Part shown: in pieces, positions 40,701 to 52,777 of the stretch | How the letters are laid out: each line of letters begins with the position of its first letter | How positions within the stretch are numbered: position 1 is the stretch's first letter | Assembly (NCBI GenBank): GCA_973895155.1 | Contig: OZ316891.1 | Span: forward strand, 15,655,037 to 15,719,036 | From: Marsupella aquatica | Taxonomy: Eukaryota > Plantae > Marchantiophyta | DNA length: 64,000 nt | Reading direction: 5' to 3' | Notes under the pieces: generated by a model | The model's database searches: none | What the model saw: only the letters and a program-made list of their open reading frames with translations | What the model was told of the DNA's origin: nothing | Made by a program: the position numbers and the translations under genes

Positions 40701-43128
40701 TGCCCCCTACAAGTGTAGTGTCAGCTCTAGTAAGTTGTTGGCTTCGAACTAATCAGATGCTTCTCGTAACCAGGAATTTTTTGACCCGGCCCCATGGAAG
40801 ATCCCAATGAACCCGCGTATTACAACCGGGTATGTGGGCGGTTTCCCAGAGCCTGATCCATGACTGTCTTGGTTTGGAAAGATTTGCATCTATCTTGAAA
40901 TAGCTGAATTGTGACCACCAGTCGGAGGTGATCGGATACCATTGCCTGTTGTCAGGGCAATTTCTTGCGTTTGAACGCTCTGTGGTTGCCGTGGTTTGCT
41001 CCGATGGGTCACAAACCCATGATACTCCAACAGCCTCAAAGACAGACTACGTCGAAATCCACCACGATCAAGCACCAGAATACCCAGAGAGTCCATCATC
41101 TACATCAATGTCCAAGCTTCCTATGTCTCTGCCCATCTAGATCTATCTCCAAGACAAGCGGAAATCATAAGCCAATCATCCCAAGTCGGGGAGATAATGT
41201 CAGTCTACTTGATAAGCATCCTCAACTGAAACCTAAATCATCCCAGAACTACAAAGAATTCCGGTGGACGCTTGTGTCCCCGAAAAGTTGCTAAGAGGTC
41301 AACCAATGCCCTCGCGCCAGCCACCAATGGGTACGTTCAGTACCATCCGAAGACCAGAAGAAGTAGCTAGCATCCAGAGGCCTCCGTCACCCCCAGTACA
41401 ATGCAGCACACTACCTAGCATCCAGGGGAGTCCGTCACCCGATTCCAGTAAAATGCAGCACGCAGGAAGTGTCTTTACTATCATAAGGAGTAATGTTGTT
41501 ATTTGACAACATTCTCTTTAAAATCGTGGAGGAGGCTTGCAGCTAGAGAAGACACTAACTGGAATGTGAAAAAAGGGGAACCTTCTGGACACTTCTCTTT
41601 TATAGAGTGCCAGAGGTGGTTCACGGAGCAAGGATGCCTCTGTCCCCTAGCTATTTCTAGTACTAAGGCATCAATTTCAAGATCCGGCGATGAAGTAGGT
41701 CGCATCTTCGCACTCCCACCCACCGAGTCAGCACTCACTTGCACTGAATGATTTTGGAACAACACAATGAGATGTTGAACAGGCAGCACGCCTTGTCCCT
41801 GGATGAAGTGACTTTGAGCTGGCGAGTATCCTTGGTGGGACTCAACTGTGGTTATCCCTTGCACTGATTGACTATAGCCCTGGTCTTATATTTGCCCAGA
41901 AGTGGGTCGCATCCAGTGTGAGGAGACTATGGTCCGAAAGACTAAACCAACTCGAGAAGCATAGGTACCCATTCACTTCATGATAAGAAACATAACCCTC
42001 AATTGACAACAATCGAGAATCGGCGATGCAGTGCAGACTTGAATAATACGTTTGTGAATGTTCATGGGACCTGGAGAAGACAAACTTTGAGTAAGTTTGC
42101 ATCGTGGACCGGCTCTCCTTAGCCTATAGAGTATCATGAGAATGACGGGTAATCACCCTACCCGAGGAGTCTTCATAGATGTTCCGACAAAAACTTGCAG
42201 GAAACATGAAATCGTTACAAGGCTTGTGTGGAACACTCGGGAAGTCAAAAGTCTTGTGTTCGAGAGTACAATATCTTCAAAAAATTGATTCGCAAGTAAA
42301 CTACCCTCGTGTTGAATTGCTGTGCCTTGGAAAAGCCATCGTGCACCAACATAAAATCCACTCACTGGTTGCGGATCACTGCTATGGATAAAGCTACTGT
42401 CCATTAAGTATATCCCTAGGAAACAGAGTGCAAGGGGAAATTGGGAGAATTGATCAAAAAGTAATTAAACCTATCACATTTCACTTTGATTGGTTTATTG
42501 TTTTCCCCACATCCTCACATGTATATTCACAGATAGACAATCTCTGTCAATACCAAACACGATCCCAAATTACAAAGTGGTTCAGAGCTCAACCCAACCA
42601 CGAACGATTGGAGACATCCGAAGAAGTAAAAAATCTCGGAAACGCTTGGAACATGTGTGATTGCAGATCTTTGCATTCTAATCTCTGTACTCCCGTTCTC
42701 CGTCATGACCTTCCAGTTCTGTACCTTCAAAGGTAAGAGATCGACCCTGAACACAGGGCGAACTCATGAGCAAAGATATCTCGATAGCATTCCCCATACA
42801 CCTCTGTAAGCACAATCCGGTCTGCCCTGTACATTTGACCTATCAGGGCGAAGCAAAAAAACGTAGAGACCGTGTATAAAAGTTCCGTTCAAGGCAATAT
42901 GCACCTGAGCTATACGTTCGCTAAGCAGTTACTTCAGTAAAACTGCAGCTTCGGATTGTTAAACGAAGAATATGCTTACTCTCATTTCAACAGGTACCCC
43001 GGCATTTGATGCTGTGCTCAGTTGATTGGGCTTATGTCCCAACATAATTAAAATATATTATCTGTATCTGCTGGACGTACCTTCACAGCTGCAGAGGGTA
43101 ATCAGGACCAATGTGTTCGGCTAGCTAA

Positions 43129-45033
43129 TCATGTCGAGAGGTTTCCGGACGGACACTCGACATCCTGATGAACGTTACCATCTTGAGTACCAACGGGTCC
43201 CTTCAAAATAGCAGGCTTTGTTTGCACAACCGATTCCAATCTAGGTGGCGTTCCTTGGTGATCCAATTCAATATGTTCCGGAGTAACTTCACTGAGAAAT
43301 TCTTGTGCAACATCACCATCATCATCAACCCGGAGTTTCTCTATATACCATTTTAGACCCTGCAAAAACAAAAAAGACTTGTGAGAGGCATTATTTCAAA
43401 CCAAACACTCAAGTAGCAAATACATCTCCGAAGACATTAAAGCAAACCTAGTTTAAAGAGCATTATACGCAATGTATTTTTATGGTGTTGGGAACTAAAG
43501 AGTCCCTGTGCAGAGTTGCGTGGTCCTTGTGTTCCAATAACCAATGGGAGTTTCATCTCTCTTGTTTCCTTCTGTATTCAACCTTCTTGCACCCTCCAAT
43601 CTAGAGACAAAAAGAAAATGGCACAAACGATGCTGGGCAACTCGATCATTGCTGATAAGGCATCTCATATTGACAGAAAACATCATGTATTACTTTCAAG
43701 CGTCTTAGGGTGTCTAAATCAGACTTGTTCAAATTCAATTCTGAAAATTGCTCGATCGAGTTACGCGGCCAATTACTGCTATAAGCCCAACTCCACGCGA
43801 ATGATCCTCAGCTAAAACAAGCTGGGACTTCATATACGGGGACTATGAAATCTGAAACAAGAACGTAGGTGTGCACCTAGAAAAGACAGAACCCCATCCG
43901 AACCATTCTTCCTAACGTCCTCATGGATAGTACTAAGCAAAAGTCTCAAATCAGATTGCAAATGTACACCTTTTAGATGGCGGTCCTAGAAGAACTCGCA
44001 GTCTCAACCGGGGAATATCGAAACAGGCCAATGACTAATCAGACGGATAGATACGACTTACTTAAACACTTCGCCTAGAAGGCACTATATAGCTACAAAC
44101 TACCTGCAGATGGCTGGAGACTCTATTCCAGGTAGGTTAGGAGCATTAAGCACGTCTTAAATGGTGCAGTGCGACAGTTATAGAGACTTGAAGGCAAGGT
44201 ATTGACTTGGTGACAACCGTACATGTGATTGTGTAGAGCGTGGCCTGCCAGGATGGGCCACAAGGAGCTGAGTGAGCTATATGTAGACTGGGCATTGATC
44301 AATCTGGCACTCTATTCGGAACCCGCTGCATGTTGGGCGAAGACCGGTTTGAAAGTGCTGGTTTACTGCCTCCAATCATGAAGCAAAAACATTCTTGCCG
44401 GCCTCGAATATTACATGTTCGACCCAATGACCCGATTCGTCTGAACGTTGCCTTGGCATCTCTTGGGAAGTATTTTGAGTTCTAGATTTGGCACCCAAAA
44501 GAAGGAGAAAAAAAGCAAAAACTTGCAAGAATAAAATTCGATACTCCTGCCGAAAGTATATACATAGCGACAAGAGCTACGGGCACATGGATTACTTAGA
44601 AATTTAAAAACATCATAGAGCTGAATACAATTCATAGATCCCTTTCATCATCAAGGAGGACATCATAAAGTCATTCACGACCCGAGATACAAAAATTCCG
44701 GCAGAGTAGATCAGATATAAAGGAGATAAAGCTACGGCAATGAGATGGCAGTAGACATTCTCAAAAGTCTCTGGGATATTCTCACAAAAGAATCGTTCGA
44801 TTGAGAGCAAGTGCAGACTATGAAGAAAGGGAGAAGTAAGTCACAATGACCTGCACACCACCGTTTCCGTAAGCACTCCGCGACACAACTGGTACATGGC
44901 TAGTTGTTTCCGCTGCCACAGCTACCTTCACGCCAAACCGGCCGCCTTCTTCAGATCCTACGGCTGGTTTCTTCTGTGCATGATCCTTCTTCGCTCCAAA
45001 ATGGCCAAAAAATTTGCGGATGAAAGTAGCCAT
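43129..45033 (-). CDS. Small conserved plant protein of unknown function (~137 aa)
   Basis: Exon 1 44851-45033 (ATG...GNGGVQ|GT) and exon 2 43129-43359 (AG|GLKWYIEKLRVDDDGDVAQEFLSEV...TGA), phase 0. The GGVQGLxWY..LR.DxDGDVA.EFL.EV motif resembles a land-plant uncharacterised family (recognised from memory, not searched). Confidence 0.8.
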
Positions 45034-46542
45034 GAACGTTATCTTGGTAGTACTTTTTCAACTTCCTAACTAAGTCTGATCCACAAAACTACTGTGCCTG
45101 TACCAGCGAGTGGAAGATGTTGAGGAAGTCAGTAGACTGCTCTTGCCACAGTGTCCACTACTCTATAGCAATGGGAATTGCAAAGGGACAGGGAACAAGG
45201 CCACGGCAAAGCGCAATTCCTCTATTTGACTTCAATCGATAGTAGCATCCATCTCATCAGGCACGCGGTACACATAATGTTCAATTTTTTTTAACTAGAG
45301 TGGAACACAATCTTGCTTCAAAGTGCTCCCATCGTTCTCAACACCTGCTCGTAGAGTTCCAATATCACTTCAGGACACATACACTCCCCGCTCTCATGTA
45401 CAGATATCACCGTATGTAATTCATGACCTCAATCATCCATACTCGTTATGCACTTGCAGAAGAGGAATTAAACTGGTCGGCTCACCTCGATGGGCAATAC
45501 GCATCTACCGGGGATCGACACTAACAATGAAACACGGTGGAAGTTTGATCTGCATACATTAATTTCTGCAGGAAGGCTAAGTCAACGACCTAATTTGAGA
45601 GCACTGGGTAACGGAATCGTGACAAGAGCGACGTTTGACAGCCCAGGGAAAAATTCATCCATGCCAAGTGAAGCGGCCTACACTGGCGACATCCAAAACT
45701 AGTCGACGACCTATCAATGTCTTCACATTCTCGAGTGCATGTCCTCTGTTTCAAACTTATCCTTCTTGACCAGAAACCCGCAATTGCATTCCCGCTCGAA
45801 TCGTTACATCACCCTGTTTGCGACCGGGAAGGGATCCATATATACTTTTCAGAAGGACAGGTCACCAATCTATGAAGGTAAGATCCATGGACAACGTAGA
45901 TGCGTCTAAAACATGGTTGAGGAGTGTGAATAGGTCAGATGGTAGGAGGGAACCGAAGGATCTACCGAGCACGGTCACAGGTACCAATAACCAAGCATCT
46001 ACCGTGGCTAGCCAGGAGTATGAAGCAAAAATTTAGTCTGGCTCCAGCACGAGCAGGAATCGCGTTTGAGTTCCTCCTCCGTGCTACTCGCTCAAATCCG
46101 CGCCGACGAAAACCGGCATGAAGCTCAACCAGTGCCCAGCTTGGTTTCCATATGATCCCCCTTCCTCTGTAACTCGTTTACTTTGTCGTCTCTCTCTCGT
46201 GGAGAATTTGTGATTTCTCTGCTCCGCTCGACTTTGCGGTCGGCATACCTGCACGGCTGCACCATACTACTACAGTAGTAGTATTCGTGACAAAACAGTT
46301 TCCGCTTCAGAGACCCTACACGACATCCAATGATGGTTTGTACAGATGGCAGTCGACGCCTGCGATGGAAGGGGGAAAAACTAGGTGGTGGTCATAGGAA
46401 GCTTGGGCCTTTTTTTACCGTATGATGTTTCGCTGCTGCTGTACCGCGTCCGCATCCCACCATCTCCGTGGGTTACGGTAGCTACAGTACAATCATTGTG
46501 AAATGTTTTGCTATTTAGAATCACTCGTCCCTTGACCCGTTC

Positions 46543-46838
46543 CCAACAGGTTCCGCTTTGTAACCCTCTTATGCGGGCTGACTTAGAAGTTCTACCAGGC
46601 TTTTCAGTCTTGACTCACGAGTGTTAGTCTTCATGGCTCTTATATGTAGGTTATTTTTTGTCTGCGTAGGTTACTTTTTTATCTTTGTTCCTTGTTGGGC
46701 TTTTGGTTGGGCCCCTTGGCTTGATTTTCTTGGGCCCTTTTTCCTCTTTTCCTCACTTCGTTGGGTTACTTTGCCACTGGGACCATGTCTCCAGGTTAGG
46801 CATTTTTTTCCCTTGGGCAATGTGATATATAAATAGAT
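46543..46838 (+). mobile_element. Probable 5'-truncated LINE/SINE 3' tail insertion
   Basis: T-rich tail ending GTGATATATAAATAGA, similar to 33060-33260. Flanked by ~42-bp imperfect direct repeats (46500-46542, 46841-46882). Confidence 0.45.
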
Positions 46839-47080
46839 ATGAAAGTTTTGCTATTTACAATCACTAGCCTCATGACCCATTCTTTGAACTTAAATACATA
46901 TGAAAAAAATCTTGCACAATAAAATTTATATGCTATTTTGGGTAGTCTTTGTCCCATCCTTGGGTCTTTTGTCCATCCTCATTTCAGTTTTATCTTTATT
47001 TAGAGTCAATGTCACTTTTGTGTATCCTCATTTAAAATTTTGACCTTATTGAACCTCATTATCAGTTCTAGACCTAGGCC

Positions 47081-47392
47081 CTTAAACCACCACTGTCCAT
47101 ATACAAGGAGATGTGTACAATATTTCTCACTTTTTCACGTTTCTCTCATTTAGGGTGAGACTTTGCTCCACAATTTCAGCAAAAAAATTCTAAAAATGAA
47201 ACTTGGTGGATCCAGGTTTTGTCATGGACAAAGCCCCACTGTCCATGACAAAACCTGGTTACACCAGGTGTCACCATTTTTGGTATACTTTTCCTGAAAT
47301 TGTGGAGCAAAGTCTCACGCTAGAGGAGAGCAATGTGAAAAAGTGAAGAGTCTTGGACATTTCTCCTTTTATATGGACAGTGGTGGTTTAAG
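47081..47392. repeat. Long foldback inverted repeat (MITE-like hairpin, ~150-bp arms)
   Basis: CTTAAACCACCACTGTCCATATA pairs with TATATGGACAGTGGTGGTTTAAG. GTGAGACTTTGCTCCACAATTTCAG pairs with CTGAAATTGTGGAGCAAAGTCTCAC. CCAGGTTTTGTCATGGACA pairs with TGTCCATGACAAAACCTGG around a ~9-nt loop. Confidence 0.9.
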
Positions 47393-47789
47393 AGCAAGCT
47401 TCGGTTGGCAGTTTTATAATAAGATTGTGAAATGTTTTGCTATTTACGGACCCCCATGAGAGGTCCCTTGCAAATTCTCTGCCACGAGGTTGCGCCACAA
47501 TAGCACAACCAGCCACAAACAGGACAGATCATATTTTTGACAGTAACAAAAGTGCACATTCATGTTTGTGGCAATAGCAACCTAACTTTTGGGCGCCATG
47601 CCATAAATATTAAGTGAAAAAAACCCAAAATACAAAGAAAGAGATGTCATTTAGTAAAATAAAGTTACCATTCTGATATTTGTCAATGTTATATTAGTGT
47701 TTTACATCAAAATACTTGTATTTTTCAATTGTTTGAAAAAATAACCAATTGATAAAAATGTACATAATTATAACCCCTTTGGCTCCACA

Positions 47790-48290
47790 TTGTAAAACTA
47801 AATAATCAATCTCCTTAGTACTTGATTAAATCTTTCAATGTTTGATTTATTGGAAAGCTCAAGATCAAGAAACTCATGACCTCTTTAGTATTGTCTTCAT
47901 AAAATCTGTCAATGTCACACTCATTGGAAAGCTAGAGTAAAATTAAAAACTCATCATCTCCTTAGTACTTGACAAAATCTATCAATGTTAGGTTCATTGG
48001 AAAGCAAGAGAAATTTGGATACTCATGATCTCTCTAATTCTTGACAAATACTCCCAATGTCACACATTAGAAAGCTAGAGAGATTGAAAACCTCATGATC
48101 TCTTTAGTACCGTGACAAAATCTGACCTGAAATTTGTCAATGTCGGACTCAATGTTGGAAAGCTAAAAGAATTCATGAACTTATGATCAAAAACTTTTAT
48201 TGTCACACTCATTGGAAATGCAGAGAAATTCAAAAATTCATTTGGAACTTGACAAAATTTGTCAATCTGAGGCTCATTGGAAACTTTTTC
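47790..48290 (+). repeat. Degenerate tandem repeat, ~70-bp unit x~7
   Basis: Recurring TCAATGT..ACTCATTGGAAAGCTAGAG...AACTCATGATCTCTTTAGTACTTGACAAAATC. Confidence 0.75.
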
Positions 48291-48592
48291 TTGATTAAGA
48301 GATGTCACAATCTCATCACCATCACAAACTTCCTTGGAAACGTTTTTTGTTTTTAATTTATTTTGGCCACAAAAACCCCATGGCAGAGGGAAGCCAGCAG
48401 CAACGTACAAAAGCAGCAAGGGATGCCCCATACCAAACAACCGGACACGGAAACCAGACACACAACCCCAAAGACAACAGCAACCGATACCCACCCTGAA
48501 CCAGGGCCAAATACCAGAAGAACCATCTAGTCCTTCCGACCGAGATGTCAAGGTCGGTTACCCGAAGTCACCCACACATTGCGGTGGCTGAG

Positions 48593-48613
48593 TTTAGGGT
48601 TTAGGGTTTAGGG
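48593..48613 (+). repeat. Interstitial telomeric repeat (TTTAGGG)3
   Basis: Three perfect Arabidopsis-type telomere units. Confidence 0.9.
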
Positions 48614-50020
48614 TAATCTAGTATATCACCTATTTTGGGGCAGACACTGTCCAACAGCCGCGACTGCCCCAACAGCAGAAATCTATAGTCAAACCTACAA
48701 GTTCTAGCTACTTGAGACAAGTGCTCATTTCTACCATTCCATAGCATCCAAAGCATTTGATACAACACAAACATCTTCACTACTTTTTGCAGTTCTCTCC
48801 CTATTGCATAGTCCAGTAGCCCAATCAATCCAATGGAGTAATTAGCAAATAATCCCCCAAATCCTCTAGCACACACTGACCAGCATATTCTTGCATGTTC
48901 ACATAGCATAAATAGATGTGGAAGTGTTTCACTGGTCCTAGGGCAGAGTTTACAATGCCCTGAACCCTTGCCAATACAAGCCGCTCTCACACCAGTAAAC
49001 AGTCCAGATGCCAACACCCGCCAAATAAAGGTCTTAGCCCGTGTTGACAGCTGAGGCCTCCATATCCCTGCCCAACCTTCTCTCCATTCAGCTGCCGACT
49101 TGTTCGTACCCCAAGTTTGGTTCAGGCTGATGTGGTCCTCACCAGTAGGATGTAGGAATTGGTAAGCCCTTACATTAGTAATTTTGAATTCTTTTAACAT
49201 CTCTGGCTTATCAGCCCACCTCCAGCAGTTTGGCCTAGGGACCATTTCAAAATCACAGCACTTGATTGCTATAAGGCTCCCAATAAATGCCCTGCACTTC
49301 TCCATATGTATCATTGAAAGTCCCCTGATCTAATCCCATCATTCTGATAAGTCTCTCCAGCCACCCAGTTTGTCACTCCATAGATTCTGGATACATTTAA
49401 CACCTACTCTACCACAGATCTCTGTCACTGCCGCAAAGTCCTCATTCGACCATACTTGAAATCCTTTGAGGCAGCGTAAGGTGTCCCCTACACTCCACCT
49501 TCCAGGAATTGCTCCCCTGGGTACAAAGATAAGGTGAGAGCAAAGCTTAGACCAGGCCCTCCATAATCCACCCGTATATGATAAGTCGTGCAGAGACCAA
49601 GGACTGCACAGTAACAATTTGTCCTTGAAGGTGTATGAATTTCTGCGGATCACCTTATAATTTGCCCAACTTATTAGGTTCAGGTTTGCTTCAAACATGA
49701 GGGCCCATTAAGATGTCGGACAATCCAATGCGTGTGTGAACCACTTAGAAAGCAAGGCATCTGAATGACTCCTGAATTCCTTAAATCCTAATCCACCCTC
49801 CATTTGGGGCCGTGCCATCCGTGTTCAAGACATCAAAGGTTTCTTCTTCCCACCTTCCGAATTGTAGCCCCATAGGAAATCCCAACAGAGTGCAGTTAAT
49901 TTTCTCGATAGGCCCGCTAATGCCTTCAAGAACATAGAATGATAAATGAGAATCGCCTGTAGAATGTGTCAAATTAAGAGGGATCTCCCTGTAAAGGATA
50001 GTAACTTGTTTGCCCAAGAG
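48601..50020 (-). mobile_element. Degenerate L1-clade LINE ORF2 C-terminus (end of RT region plus zf-RVT)
   Basis: GGLG motif near 49790. zf-RVT signature WxxIW...AKTFIWR...CKLC..TSETLPHLFMLCEHARICW, then WMLWNGRN. Several frameshifts and stops. Confidence 0.85.
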
Positions 50021-50916
50021 GAAAGTCGGGTTCCAATCTTGTCCAGACGGAAACGATGCAATTGCTCAGTCCGCAAGAGTGGTGGACCTAGCCACCCAGC
50101 GCCCTCACCAATCCCAACACTCACACGCCTAAGTGCCCCTGGTGCTCAAACGCCTTCACAAAATACCTTGAGCAAGCATCCTAGTGCCCCCTTGCACCAC
50201 TAGCGACCCCTTCCATACAAAGTCGCACTTGCTCTCCAACTTGACCGCTACTCAACGGTCCTCATTGTCTGCACAAGCAACCAAGCATCTTGGTAAGTAA
50301 CCCTTCAGGATCTAGATCTCCCCAAGTCTAGCATCCTAACTCAAGCTCCACATACATTGGTAAGTAGGTCAGCGATAGGTCCTCCTGATGCCATAAGCTG
50401 GAACCAGAACCTACGCCCATTGTTCATCCAGACCAGCTCCTTCCTTGGGCGCAGCCCGGGTTCCCCCTCGTACCTATCCATCACCAACTGACCGCCCTAC
50501 CCCCAGGACATGCTCATGGCCCAAATAGCGAAGCTTATCCTAAAGCTTGTCCCAAGCTTGTCCCAACATGTCGGGACCAGAATGGCCTCGACTCTAGCAA
50601 CCAACTCCCGGTTCTCGCCCCATTGATGGTCTAGGGGCCAAGCACCCTTGGAACTCAACCTCCATGCCTACTTGGCCTTGCCTCCCCAACACAAGCTCCC
50701 TTGGGAGACTGAACGCAGCTTGGCTGCTGTTTTGGCAGGATTTGGCAAGCGGACGAGAAAACACCCGCAAACCTCAAGAACCCATGGTATCCCCAGACCC
50801 AACTGAGTTCAGGAGGACGTGGCCCTCCTTGAGAGCTTTCCAACGCACCCAAGAAGTCCTCCAACGGACTTCCCGTTAGGAAGATATCGTCGTTTCCGTT
50901 TGACGTTGTGACTTAG

Positions 50917-52777
50917 TGTCGCGACCACCGCGGCTTACGACTTCGGCTTGCCCTTAGCCCCTAGGGAGACATCACTACCCTCATATATGATTCTGGAGAC
51001 CTGCCACCCCTGGACCAACTTTGGTCCTCAACTTTTTGGTCCACAACCCGGATCCTATCCCGCATGTCTGGGCGCGCCACCAATTGGCAACGTTCATAAC
51101 TTCCTAGTTAGGCGTCCGCAAGAGGGGTGCCTTAGCCCGTTGTGATCGGGCCGACCCAGTGCTCATGCCTAGGACCTTAGATCTCATTGTCGCTTGGGGC
51201 CCCCGATCGGCCAAACCCAAATCGGGCCATAACTGGCGCCCCAAGCGTCCGTTGCCCATGGCGTCAACTCCAATGGCCTTGGGTCCAAGAGGAGCTCTCA
51301 CTCAAGCCCTCATAACTCAAAGTCTGTTTGGGGGGTTCGGACGGTCGACCTTGAGCCCGACCCTTTTTCCCCTTGAACCGACCAGCTCTCATCTAGTCTA
51401 AGTCCTTAGTGTGTGTCACCAGCTTGGCGCCTTGCCTTTGCTTGTGCCACGTCTCATTGCCCACAAGTCTCCCCATGCTAAGTCCTCCTTGGATGGCCTA
51501 TCCGGGCCTGGACCATAAGGGAGCTTGGAGTTGGAGTCAGCAACGCCGGAGCTAAGTGTTAAGGTAGTCAAGTTCTGCGACTTGCACCCCCTTTTAAAAA
51601 TGGTCACGTCCGCATGACCTCAGTAAACGTTCCAGCACGCCTAGACCACTTTAAGTCTTCAAAATTTTATGAGGTAACAAATGGTTTGCCCATAAGGCTG
51701 ATGCAAACCAGGTTGGTATGCGCATTCCAGACTTAGGAAACTCCAACCTATCCCACTTATCCAAGTAGGATGCCAGTCCAAGCAGGTAAGCTAATTCCAA
51801 ACTCATCGGACCCATTGTTCTCCCCTTGGGGTACTCCCCTTTGGTTTGAACCAGCCCGCCCACAGATGTGAGGCGGGCACCATCAACTTCCACTCGCGAA
51901 AAGCAAATTGGCCGCCCAACAACCTCTAGCGCCCACGCAATCCAACTTTATCCTCAAGAGGCCAAGAGGAGTGAAACTAGGATACAACTCACAAAGGTAG
52001 CTGCAGCTGCCTGTACTAGTTCACAATGGCGGTAGGCCGCTTTGCTTATGATAGCTTCCAAGGAACTTTGGGGCATTACCCAAATTTTCTTCCGGTTCCC
52101 AAGTACTCTCGGCCTGATCATATCCAACCCACTTCACCAAATACTCTAAGATTTGCCTTCCCAACTTGCATTTGTAACGGTGGTCCAGAATTGCCTCCAC
52201 CTCAAACTCCTCAACGTCCTCCACCAGCATGGCGTCCGGACGCAAGACCTGATCCCGGTTGGGATCATTGTCTTTTACAAGTTTCTTGAGTCGGCTAACA
52301 TGGTAGCTTTTGCCCACGCCCATTTCCTTGGGTGTCTCCAACACCACCGAAACCGGATTATCCTTGTGGGCCCATCGTATGATGCGAGTAGGGCCCCGCA
52401 TATCTGGGAGCCAGCTTCCTACTTATGTTCCCATGGTATTGTTCAGGTCTCAACTGTAACCAAACGCTCTCCCCAATTTCAAAGCTTACCTGGCGTCGAT
52501 GTTTATCCCCTTGTTCCTTGTACCGACTTTGGGCAAGGGTCATACCCTTGGTAGCCGCTTCCACAACTAGGCGCCGCTCTTGAATAAAATCATCCGCCGA
52601 AGGAACCTTGCTTTCCATCCGCCAAGCTTCCGGATTTATGAACCAGGAGGGCGCCCTTGGTGTCCTCCCTATGGCCAACACAAACGGCGCAAACCCCGTT
52701 GCCAAATGCTTGGTTATTTCATAGTTTAGAATGGGCCAAATGAACGGCTTGGCCCAGTTTATGACGACGATTACCAC
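50917..52777 (-). mobile_element. Ty3/gypsy chromovirus remnant: integrase C-terminus with chromodomain, PPT and 3' LTR
   Basis: H.ATGFAPF...GR.P, then KLAPRYAGPY, YHVSRLKK, and chromodomain EVEAILDHR...EYLVKWVGY..ESTWEPEENL (stop at 52021). Purine tract AAAAGGGGG near 51590 precedes a putative LTR 50917-51582 (inverted ends GTCGC/GCGACA). Confidence 0.85.
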
